IMG/VR virus record: IMGVR_UViG_3300016484_000450
Location: 24,361-88,360 of that record
Length of the DNA stretch: 64,000 nt
Source: a virus
Lineage: Duplodnaviria; Heunggongvirae; Uroviricota; Caudoviricetes
Direction: 5' to 3' (one strand)
Position 1 is the first letter of the stretch. Each line of letters begins with the position of its first letter. The notes beneath the pieces were generated by a model that was not told where the DNA came from, ran no database searches, and worked only from the letters and a program-made list of their open reading frames with translations. This document shows, piece by piece, positions 58,048 to 64,000 of the stretch. Made by a program: the position numbers and the translations under genes.

Positions 58048-58423
58048 TTTTGATGATTCAATAAATCTTAATATGACTTCTGTTATTGTTAATGGGGGTA
58101 CAAGAAGATTACGTGCAACATGGTCACCTGAACTAGCTCAAGATTTACAAGCGTATCATGGATTAAGCATCGAAGATGAATTAACAAGGTTATTATCTGA
58201 AGAAATTACTAGAGGTATTGATAGGGAAATTTTTAATACCATCACTCAAGATTTAGTAACCGTACAACCGTTAGGACCACCAACTGGACAACTTTTTTAT
58301 TTTGATTTTCATTACGAAATATCAGACCCCAAAGTTTACGATGATGGTTCCTGGAGCCTTGGAAATACTTTTGAAAGTTCTATAGGTTTTAAGATAGAAA
58401 TATTGCCACATAAGTTTATTTAG
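58016..58423 (+). CDS. hypothetical protein
   Basis: 135 aa. The start is uncertain; an alternative ATG lies at 58073. Confidence 0.3.
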   Translation: MEPIRKIPKFNFDDSINLNMTSVIVNGGTRRLRATWSPELAQDLQAYHGLSIEDELTRLLSEEITRGIDREIFNTITQDLVTVQPLGPPTGQLFYFDFHYEISDPKVYDDGSWSLGNTFESSIGFKIEILPHKFI

Positions 58424-58460
58424 TTACTTTTGTTAATATTTATTATTAAATGAAATTAAC

Positions 58461-58793
58461 GTGCAAAAAAATTTTTTTAATAGATTTTTGTTATCACTAG
58501 TTTTTTTTAAATCTGAGAAAGTTGAGACAAAAGAGCAATCTTTTAATAGATTAAAAAAATTAGTTCTTTCTGTTAAAAATAGAGAGGATTTAGTTAATGC
58601 CGTTAAATTAATAAACCACTTTAATCAAACCCACAAAATTCAAAAGGATTCACCAGAATTTATTTATTTTAATAAAATGGTGAGACTTATGAGATTGGTA
58701 ATCCGTAAGAAAGAGATTAAAAATGGTGATGAAAATGATGAGGGTCAGCGGAAATGCGAGATGGACTTAACATCTCATGAATTTTTAATTTAA
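58461..58793 (+). CDS. hypothetical protein
   Basis: 110 aa. Confidence 0.3.
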   Translation: MQKNFFNRFLLSLVFFKSEKVETKEQSFNRLKKLVLSVKNREDLVNAVKLINHFNQTHKIQKDSPEFIYFNKMVRLMRLVIRKKEIKNGDENDEGQRKCEMDLTSHEFLI

Positions 58794-58849
58794 CAATTTC
58801 ATAACGTTAGATAGTTAACCTTTTCAATTTTAATACCTATATATTGTAT

Positions 58850-58942
58850 ATGGAAACAATAATTTGTTTGTTATGTGCAATCTTTATTGGACTAACAATA
58901 GCTAAGGACAGGAAGGAATACTTCCAACATTATGGAAAGTAA
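58850..58942 (+). CDS. candidate 30-aa single-TM peptide
   Basis: METIICLLCAIFIGLTIAKDRKEYFQHYGK. It is followed directly by a strong rho-independent terminator and is not in the supplied track. Confidence 0.2.
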   Translation: METIICLLCAIFIGLTIAKDRKEYFQHYGK

Positions 58943-58946
58943 GATT

Positions 58947-58971
58947 CCTCACTCATAAAGTGAGGTTTTTT
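58947..58971 (+). terminator. rho-independent terminator
   Basis: CCTCACT-cataa-AGTGAGG followed by T6. Confidence 0.65.
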
Positions 58972-58998
58972 ATTTCTAAAAAAAAATTAAAAAAAAAA

Positions 58999-59028
58999 TT
59001 GACATTTAGATAACTTTTACTATCTTTG
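58999..59028 (+). promoter_or_regulatory. promoter-like element (TTG, 19-bp spacer, TATCTTTG)
   Basis: Intergenic, between two terminators and upstream of the tRNA array. Confidence 0.35.
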
Positions 59029-59065
59029 TATCATATTTAATATAAACGTATAATTTTAACAAGAA

Positions 59066-59173
59066 ATGACAACAAATACTAACATACCGACATTTAACTT
59101 CACGCAGGTGATGTTCCAGGTCCTTCCTTTTGGTACCTACCTCGGCTATATTAGTAAGTCACGTATTGTTTAA
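59066..59173 (+). CDS. candidate 35-aa small protein
   Basis: MTTNTNIPTFNFTQVMFQVLPFGTYLGYISKSRIV. It lies between a TATCTTTG promoter-like motif and a strong terminator. It could be coding or part of an sRNA. Confidence 0.15.
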   Translation: MTTNTNIPTFNFTQVMFQVLPFGTYLGYISKSRIV

Positions 59174-59204
59174 TCAATATATATATATATATTAACTAAT
59201 GAAA

Positions 59205-59237
59205 AGACCGAGGATTATTCTTCGGTCTTTTTTTTTA
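59205..59237 (+). terminator. rho-independent terminator
   Basis: AGACCGAGG-attatt-CTTCGGTCT (one G-U) followed by T9. Confidence 0.65.
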
Positions 59238-59314
59238 TTATAATTTTTAAAAAAGGATTGTTACAGCAAATTAAAAAACTTTATTGGAAAAGAACAAAAC
59301 AATCCTGTTAATAA

Positions 59315-59387
59315 TGTCCTTTGGTGTAATTGGCAACACGTCTGATTTTGGTTCAGAAGAGTCCAGGTTCGATCCCTGGAGGGATAA
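59315..59387 (+). tRNA. tRNA-Gln (anticodon TTG)
   Basis: Hand-folded cloverleaf. Acceptor TGTCCTT/AGGGATA (two G-U pairs). D-arm GTGT/ACAC. Anticodon stem TCTGA/TCAGA with loop TTTTGGT. T-arm CCAGG-TTCGATC-CCTGG. Confidence 0.6.
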
Positions 59388-59394
59388 CAAAAAT

Positions 59395-59469
59395 GGTGAG
59401 GTAGCTCAGTTGGTTTAGAGCGTAGGATTCATAACCCTAAGGCCGGAGGTTCGAACCCTCTTCTCACTA
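59395..59469 (+). tRNA. tRNA-Met or Ile2 (anticodon CAT)
   Basis: Acceptor GGTGAGG/TCTCACT. D-arm GCTC/GAGC. Anticodon loop TTCATAA. T-arm GGAGG-TTCGAAC-CCTCT. One A-C mismatch closes the anticodon stem. Confidence 0.6.
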
Positions 59470-59486
59470 CGATAAATAAAATAAAT

Positions 59487-59558
59487 GCCCCATAAGCATA
59501 TATGGTGATGTACCTGGTTTGTACCCAGGGGAAGGCGATTCGAGTTCGTCATGGGGGT
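59487..59558 (+). tRNA. tRNA-Thr (anticodon TGT)
   Basis: Anticodon arm CCTGG-TTTGTAC-CCAGG is perfect. T-arm GGCGA-TTCGAGT-TCGTC. Acceptor GCCCCAT/ATGGGGG has a G1-G72 mismatch. The D-stem is only 3 bp. Confidence 0.5.
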
Positions 59559-59567
59559 CTGATAATT

Positions 59568-59993
59568 ATGAAAACAATGAAAAAATGTAGTAAATGTAAT
59601 ATAGAAAAAGATTTATCTGAGTTTTTTTTTAAAAATAAAGAAAAAGGTATATTACATGCATGTTGTAAAGAATGTAAACGTGATTTAGATAGAAAATCTT
59701 ATCATAATAATAGTGAAAGGAAACAAAAAATTAGAAAAAGAGCTAATGAACAAAAAAAATACATATTAGAATATATTAGGAGAGTTAAATCTATTAGTAG
59801 TTGTAATATGTGTGGTGATAAAAGATGGTATGTTTTAGATTTTCATCATATAAAGGATAAAGAATTTAACATTACAGATTTAGGTACTAGAGGAGCTTCA
59901 ATAGAAAAATTTAAAAGGGAAATTAGAAAATGTATCACGTTATGTGCTAATTGTCATAGGGAAGTACATTATTTAGAAAGAAAGGTGTTGTAG
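59568..59993 (+). CDS. HNH homing endonuclease embedded in the tRNA array
   Basis: CxxC...CxxC zinc ribbon. HNH core DFHHIKDKEFNITDL...LCANCHREVH. The start was moved to the ATG at 59568 because the track start lies inside tRNA-Thr. The stop codon TAG (59991-59993) lies inside the 5' end of tRNA-Phe. Confidence 0.7.
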   Translation: MKTMKKCSKCNIEKDLSEFFFKNKEKGILHACCKECKRDLDRKSYHNNSERKQKIRKRANEQKKYILEYIRRVKSISSCNMCGDKRWYVLDFHHIKDKEFNITDLGTRGASIEKFKREIRKCITLCANCHREVHYLERKVL

Positions 59994-60056
59994 CTCAGTT
60001 GGTAGAGCACTTGACTGAAGATCAAGGTGTCACTGGTTCGATTCCAGTCAACACCA
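59984..60056 (+). tRNA. tRNA-Phe (anticodon GAA)
   Basis: Perfect cloverleaf. Acceptor GGTGTTG/CAACACC. D-arm GCTC-AGTTGGTA-GAGC. Anticodon stem CTTGA/TCAAG with loop CTGAAGA. T-arm ACTGG-TTCGATT-CCAGT. Confidence 0.85.
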
Positions 60057-60117
60057 CGAGAAAGGACTGTTACTAATTCATAGGGACCCAGTTGTGTTTG
60101 CGTAGAATTAGAATTAA

Positions 60118-60191
60118 CGAGTAGTAGAGGAGTGGTTTATCTCGCCTGTTTTGGGAACAGGAGCACACAGGTTCGAATCCTGTCTATTCGA
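60118..60191 (+). tRNA. tRNA-Pro (anticodon TGG)
   Basis: Acceptor CGAGTAG/CTATTCG (one G-U). Anticodon arm CCTGT-TTTGGGA-ACAGG. T-arm ACAGG-TTCGAAT-CCTGT. Confidence 0.75.
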
Positions 60192-60197
60192 CAATTT

Positions 60198-60270
60198 GGT
60201 CCTGAAGTTCATTTGGATGAACACCCCCTTGGTATGGGGGAGGTAGTCAGTTCGAATCTGTCCAGGACCT
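60198..60270 (+). tRNA. tRNA-Thr (anticodon GGT)
   Basis: Acceptor GGTCCTG/CAGGACC is perfect. D-arm GTTC-ATTTGGAT-GAAC. Anticodon arm CCCCC-TTGGTAT-GGGGG. The T-stem GTCAG/CTGTC has one T-T mismatch. Confidence 0.65.
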
Positions 60271-60281
60271 CTTAATAATTT

Positions 60282-60354
60282 GGGGATATAACTCAATTGG
60301 AAGAGTGTCACGCTTACATCGTGAATGTTAGGGGTTCGAGTCCCTTTATCCCTA
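60282..60354 (+). tRNA. tRNA-Val (anticodon TAC)
   Basis: Acceptor GGGGATA/TATCCCT. D-arm ACTC-AATTGGAA-GAGT. Anticodon arm TCACG-CTTACAT-CGTGA. T-arm AGGGG-TTCGAGT-CCCTT. Confidence 0.8.
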
Positions 60355-60361
60355 CTATTAA

Positions 60362-60435
60362 GTCCCCATGGCGGAATTGGTATACGCGTCAGATTTAGGA
60401 TCTGAATTTTGTAGGTTCGAACCCTACTGGGGATA
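60362..60435 (+). tRNA. class-I tRNA with anticodon TAG (Leu-type CUA decoder, short variable arm; isotype uncertain)
   Basis: Acceptor GTCCCCA/TGGGGAT with discriminator A. Anticodon arm TCAGA-TTTAGGA-TCTGA is perfect. T-arm GTAGG-TTCGAAC-CCTAC. The 5-nt variable loop is unlike canonical bacterial tRNA-Leu. Confidence 0.6.
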
Positions 60436-60486
60436 CAAAAAAATCATACTTTTATCTTTTATAATATATTTATTAATAAAATTTTT

Positions 60487-60927
60487 ATGAAAAATAAAGT
60501 GATAAGATTAAATGAGTCTGACATTGAAAGAATTGTTAAAAAAATAATGAAAGAAAATGACGATGAAGGTGGTGTAAAATTATATTGTTCCAAATTCCAA
60601 AATGGTGTTGAAACTTTAAAAACTGAAATACCAGAAAGAGTTTTTACAATAGACGGGTACGTAGTCGCTGAGAGACTTCTTGAGGGTGTACTATTTGATG
60701 TTTATTTTAATTCACGTGGTGAGGTTTTAAATGTTGAGGTACCTAATGAGAGACATAGAGTTTGGTTTGAATCTACTTTTAACTCTAATCGTTATTATGA
60801 ACTAGTCCGCGAGACAGCTATAGATCTTATATTAGACGGTGAAGAGGTAGATGTACCTAGATTTATAAAGGATAGATATTTTAGAAATGGTATAAACACT
60901 GCTTACATTGTTAATGAAAGAGGATAA
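60487..60927 (+). CDS. hypothetical protein flanked by duplicated tRNA copies
   Basis: 146-aa ORF lying between two roughly 85% identical copies of the tRNA(TAG) region. No motif recognised. Confidence 0.4.
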   Translation: MKNKVIRLNESDIERIVKKIMKENDDEGGVKLYCSKFQNGVETLKTEIPERVFTIDGYVVAERLLEGVLFDVYFNSRGEVLNVEVPNERHRVWFESTFNSNRYYELVRETAIDLILDGEEVDVPRFIKDRYFRNGINTAYIVNERG

Positions 60928-60969
60928 ACACTACCAAACCGTTAATCTTGAACATTTATCCCTACTATA

Positions 60970-61044
60970 TGTCCCATGGTGGGATTAGGTATATGTGTTA
61001 GATTTAGGATCTGAATTTTGTAGATTCGAATCCTACTGGGGTAC
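60970..61044 (+). tRNA. diverged second copy of tRNA(TAG); possibly a pseudo-tRNA
   Basis: About 85% identical to 60362-60435 and carries the flanking remnant tttatccctacta of the tRNA-Val 3' end. The anticodon loop TTTAGGA is identical. Several stem G-C pairs are replaced by G-U, consistent with C-to-T transitions. Followed by a T-run. Confidence 0.4.
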
Positions 61045-61084
61045 TTTTTTGTTTTATAAGATATTTATTAATAAATAAAATACT

Positions 61085-61669
61085 ATGAGTAGATTAATAA
61101 CAAAAGAAGCTTTAATGAGAGCTAATAAACTCAATGAAGAGTCTGAAGAAAGTGATAACAATTTAAAATCTGTTAAAGAACCTAAATTATATAAGTTAAG
61201 TGATAAAGTTATAAAAACTTTAAACGATAGAATTAAAGATGAGTACACGGCTCATTATTATTATAGAGCAGCATCAAACTGGTGTAATGACAGAAATTAT
61301 AAAAAAGCTGCTGAATTTTTCAAAAATGAGGCTAATGATGAATTAGAACACGCCACTTTAATACAAGAATATATGGCAGGTTTTAATATTTTACCTAACA
61401 TACAAAAAACTGAAACAAATCATGAGTTTGATAATTTAGTTGATATTGTTTATGGGGCTTATGAAATGGAGTTAGGTTTAATGGAAAGTTATAATGACGA
61501 TTCACATTCAATATTTTTAAATGATTTAACCACATTTGATTTCTTACAACAATTCAGAGAAATCCAAAGAGGAGCTGTCGTTGAATATAATGATTTGATT
61601 AACGCGATTGAATTAATTGATAAGACAGATAAATTCCAAGTACTTTATTTCGAACAAACTTATTTTTAA
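61085..61669 (+). CDS. ferritin-like protein
   Basis: LNDRIKDEYTAHYYYRAASNWCNDRNYKKAAEFFKNEANDELEHATLIQEYM parallels the ferritin helix A/B ferroxidase pattern (E...Y ... E..H). It has an N-terminal extension of about 30 aa and is followed by a terminator. Confidence 0.55.
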   Translation: MSRLITKEALMRANKLNEESEESDNNLKSVKEPKLYKLSDKVIKTLNDRIKDEYTAHYYYRAASNWCNDRNYKKAAEFFKNEANDELEHATLIQEYMAGFNILPNIQKTETNHEFDNLVDIVYGAYEMELGLMESYNDDSHSIFLNDLTTFDFLQQFREIQRGAVVEYNDLINAIELIDKTDKFQVLYFEQTYF

Positions 61670-61690
61670 GTAATAGTATCATCGAATAAT

Positions 61691-61719
61691 GACCCCTTTC
61701 AGAAATGTTAGGGGTTTTT
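61691..61719 (+). terminator. rho-independent terminator
   Basis: ACCCCT-ttcagaaatgtt-AGGGGT followed by T6, after the ferritin gene. Confidence 0.55.
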
Positions 61720-61752
61720 TGTTTTAGTGTTGTTTAATTAAAAAAAGATTTA

Positions 61753-61760
61753 TATCTTTG
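61753..61760 (+). promoter_or_regulatory. TAnnTTTG -7 promoter motif
   Basis: TATCTTTG lies 8 nt upstream of the ATG at 61768, directly after the ferritin terminator. Confidence 0.35.
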
Positions 61761-61767
61761 TTGAGTT

Positions 61768-61959
61768 ATGAAATATTTTAAACTGTTTTTAATGTGGTTA
61801 ACAGTTATTGTTATCACAACTTATTACGGGGATTACCTTGTAAGTAGAGAAGTAAACGGGTTCATCCAACTTTTAGGTTTCGTTGGAATGGTTGCACTCG
61901 TAGGATTAGTAGTAAACGAAACCATCAAAGTTTTAAATAATAAAAAAGAAGAAAAATGA
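61768..61959 (+). CDS. small membrane protein (NfeD-like partner candidate)
   Basis: 63 aa with two hydrophobic segments. ATGA overlap with the SPFH gene. A TATCTTTG motif lies 8 nt upstream. Confidence 0.35.
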   Translation: MKYFKLFLMWLTVIVITTYYGDYLVSREVNGFIQLLGFVGMVALVGLVVNETIKVLNNKKEEK

Positions 61960-62903
61960 TTAGTACAGTAATTTTTGTAGTGTGTTTAATTGCGGCTATC
62001 CTTACCGCTCTAAAAACTAGAGGTAACATGTTTGTGGCACAAGAGGGTCGGTATGGTAATACAGATAGGTTCAATCCGTCTTGGTTAATTAAACCTATTA
62101 GTATCTTTGTTGCAGGTATCATTATCGCAATGGTTCAGCCATTCGCGATTGAAAAAGTTGACGCAGGTCACAAAGGATTAAAAATCAATTTGGTTGGAGA
62201 CCAGAGGGGTGTATCAAGTTACCAATATAAAACAGGTTGGGTGTTTTTTAATACTTGGACTGAACAGGTATTAGAGTTCCCAACATATCAGCAACACATT
62301 GAGTATGAAGACCAAGGTGTGATTCTTAAAGGTGGGTTCTCAGCAACAATTAAACCAACATTTAACTATTCTTTACGTGAAGATGCTATTGGTGATATGT
62401 TTGTTAATTTGAGGTTACCTATTAATGAAATAGAAAAAGGTTGGTTAAAAAACGCTATTATTGGAGCAGTTAATGACGTAGCTAACACATGGGAGGTAGA
62501 TAGTATTTTTAATCACCGACAAGCTTTTGAATCAGCAATTGTGTTGGAATGTAATAACCGATTGTCAAAGTGGTTTAATGTATCTCAGTTAAGAACAAAT
62601 ATCACACCACCTGAGGCTTTACAAGAATCTATCATCGCTAAAACAAAGGCTATCCAACAAGCTGAAGCTTCTGAACAACAAGCTATCGCAGCAATTGCGG
62701 AAGGTAAACGAAAGGTGGCAGTGGCAAGAGCGGATTCAGCTGAGACTATTATTAACGCTAACGCGGCAGCATTGGCAATCAAGATTAAACAAGACCGATT
62801 GACACCGTTGTATATTGAATACTTGAAAGCTAACGCATGGGATGGAAAATTACCAACAACAGTGGCAGGTAATTCAGGAATGTTCTTAAACTTGAATAAA
62901 TAA
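61956..62903 (+). CDS. SPFH/band-7 (stomatin/prohibitin-like) membrane protein
   Basis: N-terminal TM helix, then a core with GLKINLVGDQRGV. The C-terminal Ala/Glu/Gln-rich helical region (AIQQAEASEQQAIAAIAEGKRKVAVARADSAE) is typical of SPFH proteins. Confidence 0.5.
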   Translation: MISTVIFVVCLIAAILTALKTRGNMFVAQEGRYGNTDRFNPSWLIKPISIFVAGIIIAMVQPFAIEKVDAGHKGLKINLVGDQRGVSSYQYKTGWVFFNTWTEQVLEFPTYQQHIEYEDQGVILKGGFSATIKPTFNYSLREDAIGDMFVNLRLPINEIEKGWLKNAIIGAVNDVANTWEVDSIFNHRQAFESAIVLECNNRLSKWFNVSQLRTNITPPEALQESIIAKTKAIQQAEASEQQAIAAIAEGKRKVAVARADSAETIINANAAALAIKIKQDRLTPLYIEYLKANAWDGKLPTTVAGNSGMFLNLNK

Positions 62904-63169
62904 TGATTAAGGGGTTTATTGTGGTGGTGATGTTTATCACCACCTTAATTCTGACAAGTTGTGGTTGTAGTGATGAAGAATTTTATAAACCAAAATTCAA
63001 GTTTAAACCAGGTGAATTTGTAACACATAAAGTTAGTGGGGATAAAATTCTAATTACAGATACTATAAGGAGTAATTCCGAATGTGGTTGTAAAGTTGTG
63101 TTATGGTATTATGGAGTTAACTCAAGAGAAGAAAATAATTCTTATGATGAAATCGAATTAAATAAATAA
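62903..63169 (+). CDS. small lipoprotein-like protein
   Basis: Hydrophobic N-terminus with lipobox-like LILTSCGCS. ATGA overlap with the SPFH gene. Confidence 0.35.
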   Translation: MIKGFIVVVMFITTLILTSCGCSDEEFYKPKFKFKPGEFVTHKVSGDKILITDTIRSNSECGCKVVLWYYGVNSREENNSYDEIELNK

Positions 63170-63176
63170 TATAAGT

Positions 63177-63437
63177 ATGGTAAGAAGATTTAGTTTTTTT
63201 ATAACAGTAATTTCTGTCGTATTAGTAACATATGGTATTCTAATGTATGGGAAAGTTGTGGATGATAAAATTTGTGATGAATTAGTAATAATGAATGATG
63301 GGTCACAAATTGAGGCGAGTGAAGTGGATGCGTATGAAAATGGTATGAGCCGTGTTCATCAATGTAACGGTGAGGATGTAAGAATACCAACCGTTAATAT
63401 TAAAATGATTAAAAAAATTAAATCCATAGAACAATAA
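63177..63437 (+). CDS. small membrane protein
   Basis: 86 aa with an N-terminal TM segment. Confidence 0.3.
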   Translation: MVRRFSFFITVISVVLVTYGILMYGKVVDDKICDELVIMNDGSQIEASEVDAYENGMSRVHQCNGEDVRIPTVNIKMIKKIKSIEQ

Positions 63438-63446
63438 AGGTGGGGT

Positions 63447-63479
63447 ATTTGTTTTTTTAATTAATTATTCATATATTTG
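63447..63479 (+). promoter_or_regulatory. promoter (-33 TTTG, 21-bp spacer, -7 TATATTTG)
   Basis: TTTG at 63447-63450 and TATATTTG at 63472-63479, upstream of the small ORF at 63502. Confidence 0.35.
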
Positions 63480-63501
63480 TTAAACTTAAAAAAGAAATAA
63501 G

Positions 63502-63681
63502 ATGGAAAAAATACCAACAGCAGAAGAATTTTTTGAACAAGGAGGTACTTACCCTGAATTAGCTATAAAATTTGCTAAACTTCATGTAGAAGCAGCATTG
63601 AAAGCTGCAGAATATTGTACAGAAGAATATGATTTCAGTGTAGAAATTAAAAACAGTTATCCACTAGACAAAATTAAGTAG
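63502..63681 (+). CDS. hypothetical small protein
   Basis: 59-aa ORF (MEKIPTAEEFFEQGG...), just below the track cutoff. It follows a TATATTTG motif with TTTG 21 bp upstream. Its stop is 1 nt before the next ATG. Confidence 0.25.
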   Translation: MEKIPTAEEFFEQGGTYPELAIKFAKLHVEAALKAAEYCTEEYDFSVEIKNSYPLDKIK

Positions 63682-63682
63682 T

Positions 63683-63907
63683 ATGAAAAGAATTATTAGA
63701 TTTAAAGATGCTGTTATTTACGGAACTGTGAAAGAAGATGTGGTAGCAATATTACCACAACTTGAAAACTCTTTTACACAACGTAAACAGTTCTTTGAAT
63801 ACTACTTTAAAGATACAGAGGTTGAGATTACACTAGAACAATTAGATAAACTATCTAGTGAGTTTAGAATCTTGATTGGATTCGATGATATTGAAATTTA
63901 TGAATAG
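63683..63907 (+). CDS. hypothetical protein
   Basis: 74 aa. Confidence 0.3.
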   Translation: MKRIIRFKDAVIYGTVKEDVVAILPQLENSFTQRKQFFEYYFKDTEVEITLEQLDKLSSEFRILIGFDDIEIYE

Positions 63908-63908
63908 T

Positions 63909-64000
63909 ATGGAAAAAGTTATTATTGAAAAAGATGTGGTACGTAAATGTGTAATCCTTGAAAAAGAGGGTGAATATGTATTTCGTTCAGGTTATGGTGA
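63909..64000 (+). CDS. hypothetical protein (5' partial; runs off the window)
   Basis: ATG 1 nt after the upstream stop (MEKVIIEKDVVRKC...). The window ends inside the ORF. Confidence 0.25.
   Translation, partial: MEKVIIEKDVVRKCVILEKEGEYVFRSGYG

Larger units (their letters stand above)
60340..61052 (+). repeat. imperfect direct repeat (about 100 nt, about 85% identity) flanking ORF 60487-60927
   Basis: Copy 1 at 60340-60440 and copy 2 at 60953-61052. Each holds the 3' end of tRNA-Val plus a tRNA(TAG) and a downstream homopolymer. Confidence 0.6.

Noticed and set aside
59254-59306. 9-bp inverted repeat AGGATTGTT...AACAATCCT with a 35-nt loop before tRNA-Gln.
   Set aside because: The long AT-rich loop and short stem make a stable structure doubtful. 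It may be a processing signal, but the evidence is weak.
60114-60311. Minus-strand 65-aa ORF overlapping tRNA-Pro, tRNA-Thr and tRNA-Val.
   Set aside because: It lies entirely within three well-formed tRNA genes. It is an artefact of GC-richer tRNA sequence lacking stop codons.
1-64000. CRISPR arrays, integrase or attachment sites, transposases.
   Set aside because: No regularly spaced direct repeats were seen. No tyrosine or serine recombinase motifs were seen. No IS-like terminal inverted repeats were seen. The only repeat structures are the coding tandem repeats and the tRNA duplication described above.

Overview
This 64-kb window looks like a contiguous piece of a large, strongly AT-rich, tailed dsDNA phage genome. 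Nearly all genes are on the + strand, tightly packed, many joined by ATGA-type overlaps. No rRNA, CRISPR array, integrase or transposase is visible. Every call below was made by eye from motifs, without database searches.

The window breaks into these modules:
- 0-20.4 kb: a virion, baseplate and tail-fibre module of very large proteins. Two adjacent giant proteins carry a repeated CC...G-W...C cysteine motif. One of them has tandem CTDP...DDGSC repeats and a Pro/Thr linker. A family of fibre paralogs shares N- and C-terminal modules.
- 20.4-35.2 kb: DNA replication, recombination and repair. It holds a RuvC-like resolvase, a Zn-finger/TOPRIM primase, a PD-(D/E)XK nuclease, an SbcD/Mre11-like nuclease and an SbcC/Rad50-like ATPase. 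Free-standing homing endonucleases are interspersed: one Zn-ribbon/Vsr-like preceded by a small RHH gene, and one LAGLIDADG.
- 36.3 kb: a phage-encoded sigma-70-family sigma factor. Next to it sit a convergent gene and a promoter-to-terminator sRNA candidate.
- 38-46 kb: cell-wall enzymes (Amidase_2/PGRP-like, GH24 lysozyme, YkuD-like peptidase candidate), membrane proteins and a glutaredoxin.
- 48-56 kb: a host-takeover cluster with Nudix, RNase HII, a full DnaJ, an HExxH protein, a SlyD-like FKBP, an RlpA-like DPBB protein, a DEDD exonuclease and a Ro60/TROVE-like vWA protein. The vWA gene is followed by about 500 nt of ORF-free, GC-elevated sequence that ends in a strong terminator. I rate this candidate large structured ncRNA / RNP module as the most interesting feature.
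- 59.3-61.0 kb: an array of 8 tRNAs plus a diverged duplicate of one of them. An HNH endonuclease gene sits inside the array. The duplicated tRNA is a class-I tRNA with a UAG (Leu-type) anticodon, and its two copies flank an inserted gene.
- 61-63 kb: ferritin-like and SPFH/band-7 genes.

Multiple intergenic TAnnTTTG (-7) motifs, some with TTTG about 20 bp upstream, together with the sigma-70 homolog, point to a Bacteroidetes (Flavobacteriia-type) host.
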